From positions 1,945 through 65,944 of the forward strand of contig CALMUW010000043.1 in NCBI GenBank assembly GCA_937872985.1: a stretch of DNA of 64,000 bases, in the 5' to 3' direction. Under the pieces are notes generated by a model. It was not told the origin of the DNA and ran no database searches. It saw nothing but the letters and a program-made list of their open reading frames with translations. A program made the translations under genes and the position numbers. This stretch comes from an uncultured Alphaproteobacteria bacterium. Its GTDB lineage: Bacteria > Pseudomonadota > Alphaproteobacteria > Rhizobiales > Aestuariivirgaceae. This document shows positions 1 through 11,040 of the stretch, in pieces. How positions within the stretch are numbered: the first letter of the stretch is position 1; each line of letters begins with the position of its first letter.

Positions 1-1
1 C

Positions 2-1006
2 AGCGTCACCATCCGCGAGAATGAATTCTTCACCCTGCTCGGGCCCTCGGGCTGCGGCAAGACCACGCTTCTGCGCCTCATCGCCGGTTTTGATTTTCCA
101 AGCGAGGGCGAGATCCTGCTCTATGGCAAGGATATCGCGCCGCTGCCGCCCTACCGGCGCCCGGTCAACACGGTGTTCCAGAACTATGCGCTGTTTCCGC
201 ACATGACCGTGGCGCAGAACATTGCCTTCGGGCTGGAGATGCTGGGCAAGGAGAAGGCGGAGACGCAGGCCCGGGTGGAAGAGATGCTGAAGCTCGTCCG
301 CATGGAAGCGATGCGCGACCGGCGCACCAGCCAGATTTCCGGCGGCCAGCAGCAGCGCGTGGCCCTGGCTCGGGCGCTCGCCCCGCGCCCCAAGGTGCTG
401 CTGCTCGACGAACCCCTGTCGGCGCTGGATTATAAGTTGCGCAAGGAAATGCAGGTGGAGCTGAAGCGGCTGCAGTTGGAAACCGGCATCACCTTCATCT
501 TCGTCACCCACGATCAGGAAGAGGCGCTCACCATGTCGGACCGCATCGCGGTCATGTCGGCGGGGCGCATCCTGCAGGTGGGCAGTCCCCGCGACATCTA
601 CGACCGGCCATCGGAGCGCTTCGTCGCCGACTTCATCGGCGAGACCAATTTCCTGACAGGTGAGGTCAGGGGCTTCGCCAGGGGGCGGGCCGAAGTGATG
701 CTGCCGGGCGGGGCCGTGGTTTCCGCCTCGGTGCCGGAAGGCCTGTCGCCGTCCGGCACGGTGACGGTGGTGGTGCGGCCTGAACATGCCGATTTCACCG
801 GCACGGCCAAGGCGGCGGCGCTGCGCGGCCGTTTCGATCACGCGGTCTTCTTCGGCACGGATACGCATTACCACATCACTCTGGACGACGGCTCGCCCTT
901 CATCCTGCGGCTGCAGAACGACACCAGCGATGAACTGCCGCTGACGGCGGGTGCGGCGGTGATGATCAAGGTGGCGCCGGGCACGGCCCAGGTCCTGCGG
1001 GACTGA
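2..1006 (+). CDS. potA: Spermidine/putrescine-type ABC importer ATPase (5' end lies outside the window)
   Basis: Frame 2 is open from base 2. Walker [10 protein letters not shown] at the window edge, signature [15 protein letters not shown], Walker B LLLDEP, and a C-terminal regulatory domain. Followed by two permeases and a PotD-like binding protein. Confidence 0.9.
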   Translation, partial: SVTIRENEFFTLLGPSGCGKTTLLRLIAGFDFPSEGEILLYGKDIAPLPPYRRPVNTVFQNYALFPHMTVAQNIAFGLEMLGKEKAETQARVEEMLKLVRMEAMRDRRTSQISGGQQQRVALARALAPRPKVLLLDEPLSALDYKLRKEMQVELKRLQLETGITFIFVTHDQEEALTMSDRIAVMSAGRILQVGSPRDIYDRPSERFVADFIGETNFLTGEVRGFARGRAEVMLPGGAVVSASVPEGLSPSGTVTVVVRPEHADFTGTAKAAALRGRFDHAVFFGTDTHYHITLDDGSPFILRLQNDTSDELPLTAGAAVMIKVAPGTAQVLRD

Positions 1007-1010
1007 GCCC

Positions 1011-1949
1011 ATGACCAAAACCGCCGCCAGCCCCGCCCAGAGGATCATCGACGCCGCCAAGGCCCGCGATGTGCGGAGCCGCTGGCTGCTTTCGGCTCCG
1101 GCCCTGCTCATCATCTTCTTTGCCGCCATCGGGCCGCTCTTCGTGGTGCTGATCTATTCCTTCATGGCCAAGGGCGACTATGGCGACGTGAAGCCCTGGA
1201 CCTTTTCCACCGACGGCTGGTTCAACGTGCTGTTCGAGCGCGACATGTTCGACGACACGCTGGGGCTGGCCTGGGCCAATCTCAGCATTTTCTGGCGCTC
1301 CATCAAGCTGTCGCTCATCACCACGCTGGTGACCGTGCTGCTCGGGTTTCCCACCGCCTATTTCATTTCGACGCGGGCCGAACACCGGCGCGATCTCTGG
1401 CTTTTCCTCATCACCATTCCCTTCTGGACCAATCTGCTCATTCGCACCTTCGCCATTCAGGAGGTGGTGCGCAACGAAGGCATCATCAATTCGGCGCTGA
1501 TCCGCCTCGGCATCATCACCGAGCCGATCCAGATCATGTTCACCGACACGGCGATCCTGCTCGGCATGGTCTATGTCTATCTGCCGCTCATGGTGCTGCC
1601 GCTCTATGCCTCCATGGAGAAGCTCGATTTCCGCCTGGTGGAGGCGGGCTATGATCTCTATGCCACGCGGCTGTCGGTGTTGCGGCGGATCATCATTCCG
1701 CTGGTCAAGCCCGGCATCGTGGCGGGGTCGATCCTGGTCTTCATTCCCTCGCTCGGCGCCTATGTGACGCCCAAGCTTCTGGGCGGCGGCAAGAACATGA
1801 TGCTGGGCAATCTCATCGAGTTGCAGTTCGGCCAGGGCCGCAACTGGCCTCTGGGGTCGGCGCTGTCCATCGCCCTGATGGCCATCGTCATGGTGGCGCT
1901 GCTGGTCTATACGCGCAACGCCGCCGATGGAGGCCAGCGCCATGGCTGA
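1011..1949 (+). CDS. potB: Polyamine ABC transporter permease
   Basis: 312-aa hydrophobic multi-pass protein of the binding-protein-dependent permease type, 5 nt after the potA stop. Matches potABCD gene order. Confidence 0.85.
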   Translation: MTKTAASPAQRIIDAAKARDVRSRWLLSAPALLIIFFAAIGPLFVVLIYSFMAKGDYGDVKPWTFSTDGWFNVLFERDMFDDTLGLAWANLSIFWRSIKLSLITTLVTVLLGFPTAYFISTRAEHRRDLWLFLITIPFWTNLLIRTFAIQEVVRNEGIINSALIRLGIITEPIQIMFTDTAILLGMVYVYLPLMVLPLYASMEKLDFRLVEAGYDLYATRLSVLRRIIIPLVKPGIVAGSILVFIPSLGAYVTPKLLGGGKNMMLGNLIELQFGQGRNWPLGSALSIALMAIVMVALLVYTRNAADGGQRHG

Positions 1950-2742
1950 ACCCTTCTCCATCCGCCGCCAGCCGGGCTTCACCACCATCGCCATCCTGTG
2001 CTTTGCACTGCTCTATCTGCCCATCGCCACGCTGGTGTTCTATGCCTTCAACGCCGGGGTGTCGGTGGCGGTGTGGGAAGGCTTCTCGCTGCGCTGGTTC
2101 GGCGCGGCCATGGCCAATGAACGGGTGCAGGAGGCGGCCTGGCATTCCTTCATCATCGCCACGGTGGCGGCCCTCATCTCCACCGTTGTCGCCACCATGG
2201 CGGCGCTCGCCACCACGCGCACCGAACCCTATCGTGGTCTCACCTTCAAATATGCCTTCATCAACCAGCCACTCATGGTGCCGGAGATCGTCACCGCGGT
2301 GGCGCTGCTCATCGTCTTTTCCCGCATCAAGGTGTGGACCGGCTACACCGGCCTCGGCTACCTCATGGCGGCGCACACGGGCTTCTGCATTCCCTTTGCC
2401 TATCTGCCCATCCGGGCGCGCCTGGAGAACATGGACCTGACGCTGGAGCGGGCGGCGGCCGACCTTTACGCGACACCCTGGGCAACCTTCCGGCGGGTGA
2501 CATTGCCGCTGCTCTGGCCCGGCATTCTGGCCGGCCTCATGCTCGCCTTCGTCATCTCGCTCGATGATGTGGTCATCACCGAATTCGTCAAGTCGGCCGG
2601 GCAGGAGACGCTGCCCACCTATATGCTGGGGCAATTGAAGCGGGCGGTGACGCCCGAAATGAATGCGATTTCCACGGTCTTTCTGCTGCTCTCCGTGGTG
2701 ATCGTGACGGTGTTCTTCTTCATCAACCGGAAGAGGACGTGA
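1927..2742 (+). CDS. potC: Polyamine ABC transporter permease
   Basis: 271-aa membrane protein overlapping the potB end. An alternative ATG at 1942 gives an ATGGCTGA overlap with the potB stop. Confidence 0.85.
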   Translation: MEASAMAEPFSIRRQPGFTTIAILCFALLYLPIATLVFYAFNAGVSVAVWEGFSLRWFGAAMANERVQEAAWHSFIIATVAALISTVVATMAALATTRTEPYRGLTFKYAFINQPLMVPEIVTAVALLIVFSRIKVWTGYTGLGYLMAAHTGFCIPFAYLPIRARLENMDLTLERAAADLYATPWATFRRVTLPLLWPGILAGLMLAFVISLDDVVITEFVKSAGQETLPTYMLGQLKRAVTPEMNAISTVFLLLSVVIVTVFFFINRKRT

Positions 2743-2766
2743 CCAAGAGGAAGCAAGGAGGAAAGC

Positions 2767-3795
2767 ATGATCAGGAATATTCTCATGGCCACGGCGGCCA
2801 TCACCATGATGGCGGGCGCGGCCCAGGCCGAGGGTGAGCTGAACATCTACAACTGGGGCAATTACACCAGCCCGGATGTGGTGAAGAAGTTCGAGGAAAA
2901 ATACAAGGTCAAGGTCACCATCACGGACTATGACTCCAACGACACGGCGCTGGCCAAGGTGCGCGCCGGGGGCCATGGCTTCGACATGGTGGTGCCGTCG
3001 GGCAACTTCATGCCCATCTGGATCAAGGAAGGCCTGCTTCTCGAAGCGCGCCCTGACCAGATGGAGAATTTCAAGAACGTCGATCCGCAGTGGGTCAACG
3101 TCGAGTATGATCCTGGCCGTCATTACTCGGTGCCGTGGCAGTGGGGCACGGTGGGTGTGTCGGTGCGCACTGACAAATACAAGGGCGACATCAACACCTG
3201 GGGCATCCTGTTTGACACCCCGGCCGAGCTCAAGGGCAAGGTCAACGTGGTGCCGGAGATGACCGACGTGGTTGATGCGGCCCTCGCCTATACCGGCGGC
3301 AAGCGCTGCACCACCGACAAGGAAGCGCTGAAGAAGGCGCGCGATGTGCTGGTGGCGGCAAAGCCCAACTGGGTCGCCATGGAATACTCGACCATCGAGA
3401 AGATGGTGAAGGGCGACTATCTCGCCACCTCGGACTGGAATGGGTCGGCGCTGCGCCAGCGCCTGCAGAATCCCGACATCAAGTATGGCTATCCCAAGGA
3501 AGGCTTCACCTTCTGGATGGACAACCTGTCGATCCTGAAGGATGCCAAGAACGCCGAGAACGCCAAGCTGTTCATGAATTTCGTCATGGACCCGGAAAAT
3601 GCCGCGGGGCTTTCGGCCTTCGCGCGCTATGCCAACGGCATTGCCGGTTCGGACAAGTTCATGCCCGCCGACATGAAGGATGCGCCGGAGCTGAATGTGC
3701 CGGCTGATGCGCAGCCGCATGGCCAGTTTGCCCTGGCCTGTCCGCCGGAAGCGGTGGAGATGTACACCAAGATCTGGACCGACCTGATGAAGTGA
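2767..3795 (+). CDS. potD: Periplasmic polyamine-binding protein (PotD/PotF family)
   Basis: Signal peptide MIRNILMATAAITMMAGAAQA. NIYNWGNYTSPDVVKKFEEKY and later motifs are typical of PotD/PotF solute-binding proteins. Last gene of the pot cluster. Confidence 0.85.
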   Translation: MIRNILMATAAITMMAGAAQAEGELNIYNWGNYTSPDVVKKFEEKYKVKVTITDYDSNDTALAKVRAGGHGFDMVVPSGNFMPIWIKEGLLLEARPDQMENFKNVDPQWVNVEYDPGRHYSVPWQWGTVGVSVRTDKYKGDINTWGILFDTPAELKGKVNVVPEMTDVVDAALAYTGGKRCTTDKEALKKARDVLVAAKPNWVAMEYSTIEKMVKGDYLATSDWNGSALRQRLQNPDIKYGYPKEGFTFWMDNLSILKDAKNAENAKLFMNFVMDPENAAGLSAFARYANGIAGSDKFMPADMKDAPELNVPADAQPHGQFALACPPEAVEMYTKIWTDLMK

Positions 3796-3841
3796 GCGGC
3801 CAAAGATACGTTGCCCGGCCCCGGCGGGAAACTGCCGGGGC

Positions 3842-4561
3842 CTATTTTTTGCTGCGCCAGAACAGGGCGTGGCGGGTGGCGGGCGTGGTCAGCGTCACGA
3901 TGGCGAAGGTCCGGCCAGCGCGGAGGAGACGACGCTCCAGCCTGAGGCAGGGCTCGTGCGGCCCGACGCGCAGGAAGCGCCGGGCGAGATCGTCGGGGTG
4001 GCAGGCTTCCAGCGTGTTTTCTGCTTCGTCCGCCAGGTCGGCCAGGTGGGCCAGCGGCGGCGGTTCATGCAGCGCCGGACCGGGCATGAGGGCGGGGTTG
4101 AGGTAACGGCTTTCCAGTTGAATGGGCTGGCCCTGTTCCTCGTGCAGCAGCACATGGTGGCTGATGGACTGGGGCGTGGCGAGGCCAAAGGCATCCATGA
4201 GCACGGGCGAGGCCTGGAGTGTGCGGCTCTGTTCCACCCGGCGCGAATAGCGGTGGCCATGGCCCTTCACCACGGCTTCGATGTCGGCCAGGTCTGGCTG
4301 CGGGCCAGCGGCGGTGGCGGCGGTCGCGGGCGCGGGTGACGTGGCTTTGGCCTCGGCCACGAAGGTGCCGGAGCCGGAGCGGCGGGTAACCAGCCCTTCA
4401 GCGGCCAGTTCCTTCAGCGCCCGGTTGGCGGTCATGCGCGAGACGGAAAACTGCGCCACCAGCTCATGTTCCGAGGGCACCCGGTCACCGGGCTTCAGCG
4501 CACCCTGGGCAATGCGGTCGCGGATGAAGCTCTTCATCCGGGCATAGTGGGGTTCGGCCAT
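3842..4561 (-). CDS. GntR/HutC-family transcriptional regulator (wHTH + UTRA-like effector domain)
   Basis: The tracked 340-aa ORF is trimmed to the ATG at 4561 (MAEPHYARMKSFIRDRI...). Contains the GntR HTH PSEHELVAQFSVSRMTANRALKELAAEGLV. The upstream 101 codons are Pro/Cys/Arg-rich and overlap the next gene's 3' flank. Confidence 0.8.
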   Translation of the reverse strand: MAEPHYARMKSFIRDRIAQGALKPGDRVPSEHELVAQFSVSRMTANRALKELAAEGLVTRRSGSGTFVAEAKATSPAPATAATAAGPQPDLADIEAVVKGHGHRYSRRVEQSRTLQASPVLMDAFGLATPQSISHHVLLHEEQGQPIQLESRYLNPALMPGPALHEPPPLAHLADLADEAENTLEACHPDDLARRFLRVGPHEPCLRLERRLLRAGRTFAIVTLTTPATRHALFWRSKK

Positions 4562-4610
4562 GGCTGTCTCCTGTCTATACAAGGTAGGCCCGGGTTTCCG
4601 ATCTGGCAAG

Positions 4611-5786
4611 TCAGGGCAGGGAATTGGCGTAGCGGCAAATGCGCCGGGCGGCCTCGCCCATCTGGTCATCGTCGACGGTGAGCGCCACGCGCAGGTGGCC
4701 GGCACCCCCGGCCCCGAAGCTTTCGCCCGGCATGGTGACCACACCTTCCGCCTGCAACAGGCCCAAGGCAAAGTCCTGGCCGGACAGTCCGGTCCGGCGC
4801 ACATCGACCATGACGAACATGCCCCCCTCCGGCAGATGGGCGGAAACGCGTGGTGAGGCGGCAAGCCCCTCCACCAGCGTCCTGGCCCGGCGCTGGTAGG
4901 TTTCCTTCACCGCGTCGAGTTCGGGGAAGTGGGTTTCGAGCGCGAAGGCGGCGGCATCCTCCAGGAAGGGCTGCGAGCCGAAGAGCATGGTTTCGGTGAT
5001 GGCCACCGCCCGCTTCACGAAGTCGGCGCTGGCGGCAATCCAGCCGCAGCGGAAGCCCGGCATGTTGTGCGACTTGGACAGCGACGACACCACCACGGTG
5101 CGTTCTTCCAGCGCGGCGTCATGGAAGGGTGAGACAAATTTGCGGTTGCCATGGGTGAGGGTGGCGTAGACCTCATCCGAGATGATCCACAGATCATGCT
5201 TTCGGGCCATGGCGCCGATGGCCGCCATTTCATCGGCACTATAGACGGCCCCGGTGGGATTGCCCGGCGAGTTGATGAGAAGGGCGCGGGTTTTGGGTGT
5301 GATGGCCCGTTCAAAGTCGGCCACATGGGGGTGGAAGCCGCGATCGGGATCGAGCCTGACCGGCACGGCAACCGCACCGGGAGCGGCCACCACGCCCTCG
5401 TAGGTGGCGTAATAGGGGTCCGGCAGCAGGATCTCGTCGCCCTCGTCCAGCACGGTCATGGCGGCCACGTAAAGCGCGGTCTGGGTGCCGGGGAGATAGA
5501 GGAACTGCTCCGGTGACAGGGTGCGTCCGGTGCTCCGGCTATAGGTGCGGGCGAGGGCGGCCAGCACATTGGCCTCGCCCTGGCCGGGGGCATAGCGATA
5601 GCGCCCGGCGCGCATGGCCTTCTCCGCCACGTCAAGCACCGCAGCGGGCGGCGGCGCGTCGGGTTCGCCGATGGACAGGAAGATGACCTTCTCGCCGGCG
5701 GCGGCGCGGCGGCGGCCTTCAAAATGCACCTGCCATTTTTCCGCGCCGAGATTGGCGAGCCGGTCGGCGATGCGGGCCATGCGCAT
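4611..5786 (-). CDS. Class I/II pyridoxal-phosphate-dependent aminotransferase
   Basis: 391 aa. LINSPGNPTG and SSLSKSHNMPGFRCGW (PLP-lysine motif) are characteristic of aspartate/aromatic-type aminotransferases. Confidence 0.85.
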   Translation of the reverse strand: MRMARIADRLANLGAEKWQVHFEGRRRAAAGEKVIFLSIGEPDAPPPAAVLDVAEKAMRAGRYRYAPGQGEANVLAALARTYSRSTGRTLSPEQFLYLPGTQTALYVAAMTVLDEGDEILLPDPYYATYEGVVAAPGAVAVPVRLDPDRGFHPHVADFERAITPKTRALLINSPGNPTGAVYSADEMAAIGAMARKHDLWIISDEVYATLTHGNRKFVSPFHDAALEERTVVVSSLSKSHNMPGFRCGWIAASADFVKRAVAITETMLFGSQPFLEDAAAFALETHFPELDAVKETYQRRARTLVEGLAASPRVSAHLPEGGMFVMVDVRRTGLSGQDFALGLLQAEGVVTMPGESFGAGGAGHLRVALTVDDDQMGEAARRICRYANSLP

Positions 5787-5872
5787 GGGACTGTCTCCAA
5801 GGATAAAGCGGGGCTTTAACCCCGCTTTGCTGTTTCCGTCACTGTGCCAAACGGCCGTTGCGCCGTCGAGGG

Positions 5873-8800
5873 TCAGGTCTCCACCAACTCCCGGGCCAGG
5901 CGGGCCAGTTCCATATAGTTGGTCTTGCCCGAACCCAGGAGCGGAATCTCCTTCAGGTATTTCACCGTCCTGGGGATGGCCAGTTCCGACAGGCCTTCGG
6001 TCCGCAACCCCTCCAGCATGGATTTGCGGTCGATGCCTTCAAGGGTGGTGAACAGGACCAGTTGTTCGCCTTTCTTCTTGTCGGGCACATTCACCACGGC
6101 ATGAACGCCATCGGGCAGAAGCTTGCCCAGGGCATTTTCCACCGCGGTGAGCGAGATCATTTCGCCCGCCACCTTGGCGAAACGCTTGACCCGGCCAAGG
6201 ATGGTGATGAAACCCTGATCATCCACCTTCACCACGTCGCCCGTGTCATGCCAGCCGTCCTTGGGCGGCTCGATGGCGCCGGGATTGTCGGCCCTGATAT
6301 AGCCCAGCATGACGGTGGGGCCGCGCACGAAGAGCCGGCCGCCTTCGGCTATGCCTTCCACCGGTTCCAGGCGGTGTTCCACCTGATCGAGGAAACGGCC
6401 CACCGTGCCGCTGCGGTAATGCATGGGCGTGTTGGTGGAAAGGGCGGGCGAACATTCGGTGACGCCATAGGCTTCGAGAATGCGAACGCCGAATTTTTCC
6501 ATCCAGAGGCTGCGGGTTTCAGCCTTCAGGCGTTCCGCGCCCGCCAGAACAATGCGCATGTTGAAGAAGTCATAGGGGTGGGCATTCTTGGCGTAACCGT
6601 TGAGGAAAGTATCGGTGCCAAAGAGCAATGTGGCGTTGATGTCGTAGCACAGCTCCGGCACGATCTTATAGTGGAGCGGCGAGGGATAGAAGAAGGTGTA
6701 GATGCCGGACAGGAGCGGCAGGAGCGTGCCGCCCAGCAGCCCGAAGGCATGGAACATGGGCAGGCAGTTAAACATCACGTCCTGCTCGGACACGTCAACG
6801 CGGGTAGTGGCCTGAAGACGGTTGGCCTGGAAATTGCGGTGCGACAGCGCGACCCCCTTGGGGACCCCCTCCGAGCCTGAGGTGAAGAGAATGGCGGCGG
6901 GAGCGTTGAAGTCCGTGGTGGCACCGGAATGGCGCAACGCCCAGTGCGGGAACATCTTGGCCCAGAGGCCGAAGAGTTTGTCACTGAGCTTCAGGCCGTC
7001 GCGGACGTCCTCGAGGTAGACAATGCGATTGGTCTTTTCCAGGAGCGCCAGGGTTTCCTGCAACTCACCCAGCTCGATGAAGCGGCGCGAGGTGACGATG
7101 GTGGAAACCTCTGCCGTGGTGCAGGCGAGTGACATGTTCACCGCCCCGGTGGAATAGTTGAGCATGGCCGGAATGCGGCCCATGGCATGAAGCCCGAAGA
7201 AGGTGAGAACCGCTCCCAGCGCATTGGGCAAAAGCACGCCAACGGTTTTCTGACCGGGGGCGTGGGCGGCAATGCGGCGGCCCAGAATGAAGCTGCCCAT
7301 GATCAGGCGGTTGTAGGAGATGGGCTTGCGCTGGATGTCTTCGGCGATCTTGCGGCGCTTGCCGTGGACATGGGCGGCGTCGATGAGGCTGTCAAACAGT
7401 GTCTGGTCGATCTTGGAGGTGCGGAACACCATGTCCGTCATGACATCGTAAAGCTTGTTGGCCTGGAATTCGCGCAGCGCCGAACCCTTCAACTCCGGCG
7501 GTGAAGCGAATTTGACCGGCGGCAGGAAGGTCAGCGTGATCTTGGGGAACCAGCGCAGACGCTGCTTGCCGCGCAGCCGCGAGGTCTGGGAGTATTGCGC
7601 GCCGTCGATGCGCACCGGCAGAATCTTGGCATCAGCCATCTGGGCAATGGCGGCGGGACCTTCATAGACCTTCATCAGCGCGCCGGTGACGGTCAGGCGG
7701 CCCTCGGGGAAGATCACGACCTTCTTGTTGGCCTTGAGCGCATCGACGAGGCTGCGCAGCGCCAGCGGGTTGCCGGGGTCAATGGGCGCAATGTCGTAGA
7801 GCGCGAAGGCGGGCCGGGTCCACCACTTGCTGGCCATGAGGGTGCTGATGGCAAAGGTGGCGCGTTCCGGCAGAAAGGCCGAGAGCAGGGGGCCATCCAC
7901 CAGCGCGGTGTGATTGGCGATGATGACGGCGCGGCGGCCAGCGGCTTCGTAGTTTTCCAGTCCCTTTACTTCCACGTCGTAGAGGAAGCTCAGGATGTTG
8001 CGGGTGACGGCGGCGATCGACTCATGCGGCAGGAGGCGGATGATGTAGACCGCGCCGATGGCCGAGGCGAGGCCGGTGATGAGGAACAGGCCACGGGCCG
8101 AGAAGCCCACCTTCAACAGCAGGGCGGAGATGCCGGCGGCGGCAGCCATGGCGGCGGCGTTGATGATGTTGTTGACGCCGATGACGCGGGCCCGGCGCGA
8201 GGGCGGGGTGCGGCTCTGGATGAGCGCGAAGAGCGGCACCACGAAGATGCCGCCGAAGACGGCGATGAGAAAGAGGTCGACCAGCACATGCCAGCCAGAG
8301 AAGCTGGAGAGGAAGGCGGCAAGCGAGGCGGGGGCCTCAGCGCTGCCGAGGCGGCCCGCCCGGCCCGCGGCGAAATAAAGGTCGATGATGAACAGCGTGG
8401 TGAGCACCGCCGAAGGTGGCGCGTATTTCACCGAGACTTCGCCGTTGAGCAGCCAGTTGCAGATGAGCGAGCCAGCGCCAATGCCGAGGGTGAAGGTGAT
8501 GAAGCCCAGCGTCATGACGCTGTCGTCGGCATGCAGGTCGGCCTGGGCGAAGAGCGGCATCTGGGTGAGGAAGATGGAGCCGATGACCCAGAAGCCGGAA
8601 ATGCCGAGGATGGACTGGAAGACATCGCGGTTCTTCATGACCTGGCTGATGACGCGCCAGGTTTCAGCCAGGAAGTTGCGGTTGATGACCAGATCGGGCT
8701 GGGCCGGGGGCGCGGCGGGAATGCGGCGCGCCGCCAGCCAGCCGATCACGGCCAGAGCCACCATGACCACGGTGACGCCCCAGCGGCCCTGGGCATGGAG

Positions 8801-9310
8801 AATGACATTGGAACCGAACAGGGTGCCGAGCAGGATGCTGACGAAGGTGGCCATTTCGATGAGGCCGTTGCCGCCGAGCAATTCGTGCCGGTCCAGATGT
8901 TGCGGCAGGATGCCGTATTTGACCGGGCCGAAGAAGGTGGAGACCGTGCCCATGAGGAAGACGGCGAAGAGTTGCAGCCAGAGCTGATTGGTGAAGAGCG
9001 AGAAGGCGGCGATGGCCACGGCGAAGATTTCAAAGAACCTGGTGCGCCGGGCGACGAGCGACTTGTCGTATTTGTCGGAGAGCTGGCCGGCCAGTGCCGA
9101 GAACAGGAAGAAGGGCAGCATGAACAGGCCCGCCGCCAGGGTGTTGGCCATGCCGGCGGTGTCCTGGCTGGTACCCGACATGCCCTTGATGAGCAGGAGG
9201 GCGAGGGCAAAGCGGAAGGCATTGTCGTTGAAGGCACCGATGGCCTGGCTGACGAACAGCGGCAGGAAGCGCTCGGTCTTCAGCAGGGCAAACTGGTTGG
9301 GGCCGGACAT
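5873..9310 (-). CDS. Triple-fusion lysophospholipid transporter (MFS, LplT-like) / PlsC-type acyltransferase / acyl-ACP synthetase (Aas-like)
   Basis: 1145 aa. The N-terminal ~420 aa form a 12-TM MFS-like region. The middle holds an acyltransferase region (IANHTALVDGP, FPEGRLT). The C-terminal part is an AMP-binding adenylation domain (LFTSGSEGVPKGV, GWHDTGD). Confidence 0.85.
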   Translation of the reverse strand: MSGPNQFALLKTERFLPLFVSQAIGAFNDNAFRFALALLLIKGMSGTSQDTAGMANTLAAGLFMLPFFLFSALAGQLSDKYDKSLVARRTRFFEIFAVAIAAFSLFTNQLWLQLFAVFLMGTVSTFFGPVKYGILPQHLDRHELLGGNGLIEMATFVSILLGTLFGSNVILHAQGRWGVTVVMVALAVIGWLAARRIPAAPPAQPDLVINRNFLAETWRVISQVMKNRDVFQSILGISGFWVIGSIFLTQMPLFAQADLHADDSVMTLGFITFTLGIGAGSLICNWLLNGEVSVKYAPPSAVLTTLFIIDLYFAAGRAGRLGSAEAPASLAAFLSSFSGWHVLVDLFLIAVFGGIFVVPLFALIQSRTPPSRRARVIGVNNIINAAAMAAAAGISALLLKVGFSARGLFLITGLASAIGAVYIIRLLPHESIAAVTRNILSFLYDVEVKGLENYEAAGRRAVIIANHTALVDGPLLSAFLPERATFAISTLMASKWWTRPAFALYDIAPIDPGNPLALRSLVDALKANKKVVIFPEGRLTVTGALMKVYEGPAAIAQMADAKILPVRIDGAQYSQTSRLRGKQRLRWFPKITLTFLPPVKFASPPELKGSALREFQANKLYDVMTDMVFRTSKIDQTLFDSLIDAAHVHGKRRKIAEDIQRKPISYNRLIMGSFILGRRIAAHAPGQKTVGVLLPNALGAVLTFFGLHAMGRIPAMLNYSTGAVNMSLACTTAEVSTIVTSRRFIELGELQETLALLEKTNRIVYLEDVRDGLKLSDKLFGLWAKMFPHWALRHSGATTDFNAPAAILFTSGSEGVPKGVALSHRNFQANRLQATTRVDVSEQDVMFNCLPMFHAFGLLGGTLLPLLSGIYTFFYPSPLHYKIVPELCYDINATLLFGTDTFLNGYAKNAHPYDFFNMRIVLAGAERLKAETRSLWMEKFGVRILEAYGVTECSPALSTNTPMHYRSGTVGRFLDQVEHRLEPVEGIAEGGRLFVRGPTVMLGYIRADNPGAIEPPKDGWHDTGDVVKVDDQGFITILGRVKRFAKVAGEMISLTAVENALGKLLPDGVHAVVNVPDKKKGEQLVLFTTLEGIDRKSMLEGLRTEGLSELAIPRTVKYLKEIPLLGSGKTNYMELARLARELVET

Positions 9311-9352
9311 GGCGGTCTCCGTGGGAAAAAGCGGAAAATTCGGGCGAGTATG

Positions 9353-10048
9353 TCAGAGGGGGCTTGGGGGGCGCAAGGGCGCTTGGCCCTTGAGGTGGGA
9401 GGTTATGAGGCGGATGGTTTCGCGATGGTTGGCAGCGACATGGCGCGCCCCGGCGGCGGCCAGTTGGGCGCGGCGGGCGGCCTTCCGGCTGTAGCCGATG
9501 AAGGGCAGGCCATGGGTCCGGGCAGCCATGACGTCGGTCACGTTATCGCCGACATAGACCAGGGCATGGGGCGGCAGGCCGGCGGCGGCCACGGCACGGC
9601 CCAGGACCACGGCCTTGGCGCCGCCGCCCTCGGCCCCGAAGGCGAGGGATGCGACGGGTTGCCAGAGCCTCGCCCGTTCCAGGCGCATCCGGGCCGCGGG
9701 CAGGAAATTGGCGGTGGCGAGGCCAAGGCGGGCGCGGGCCCCAAGGGTTTCAATCAATTCCCTGACATGGGGCAGGATGAGGCTTTTGACGCGGCTCTGG
9801 TCCAGCGCTCGGCGCAATTCTGTGAGATAGGCCGCCTTGATGACGGGGGCGAGGCTTGCGGCCAGGCCGTGGCGCGCCAGAATCTCGGCCACGATGTCCT
9901 CGTCGTTGCGGCTATGGTAGCTGTTCCAGTCGCGCGACAGGGTAGCGGCGTCGATATGGGGCGCGAAGGGCCGGAAGAAGATTTCCTCCTCGGGCCGGGT
10001 CAGTTCCAGCAGCACGCCATCGCAATCGAAGATGACGGCGTGGTCCAT
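9353..10048 (-). CDS. HAD-superfamily hydrolase (phosphatase-like)
   Basis: N-terminal DxDG motif (VIFDCDGVLLE) and a late VGDNVTD motif. 231 aa. Confidence 0.75.
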   Translation of the reverse strand: MDHAVIFDCDGVLLELTRPEEEIFFRPFAPHIDAATLSRDWNSYHSRNDEDIVAEILARHGLAASLAPVIKAAYLTELRRALDQSRVKSLILPHVRELIETLGARARLGLATANFLPAARMRLERARLWQPVASLAFGAEGGGAKAVVLGRAVAAAGLPPHALVYVGDNVTDVMAARTHGLPFIGYSRKAARRAQLAAAGARHVAANHRETIRLITSHLKGQAPLRPPSPL

Positions 10049-10053
10049 GGCGG

Positions 10054-11036
<983 letters not shown>

Positions 11037-11040
<4 letters not shown>

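Noticed and set aside
966-3720. Minus-strand ORFs of 342 and 610 aa across the pot operon
   Set aside because: They are antisense to potB, potC and potD, with charged low-complexity translations.
4562-4864. N-terminal 101 codons of the tracked 340-aa GntR ORF
   Set aside because: The composition is Pro/Cys/Arg/Trp-rich and the stretch overlaps the 3' end of the aminotransferase gene. The GntR wHTH begins right after the internal ATG at 4561.
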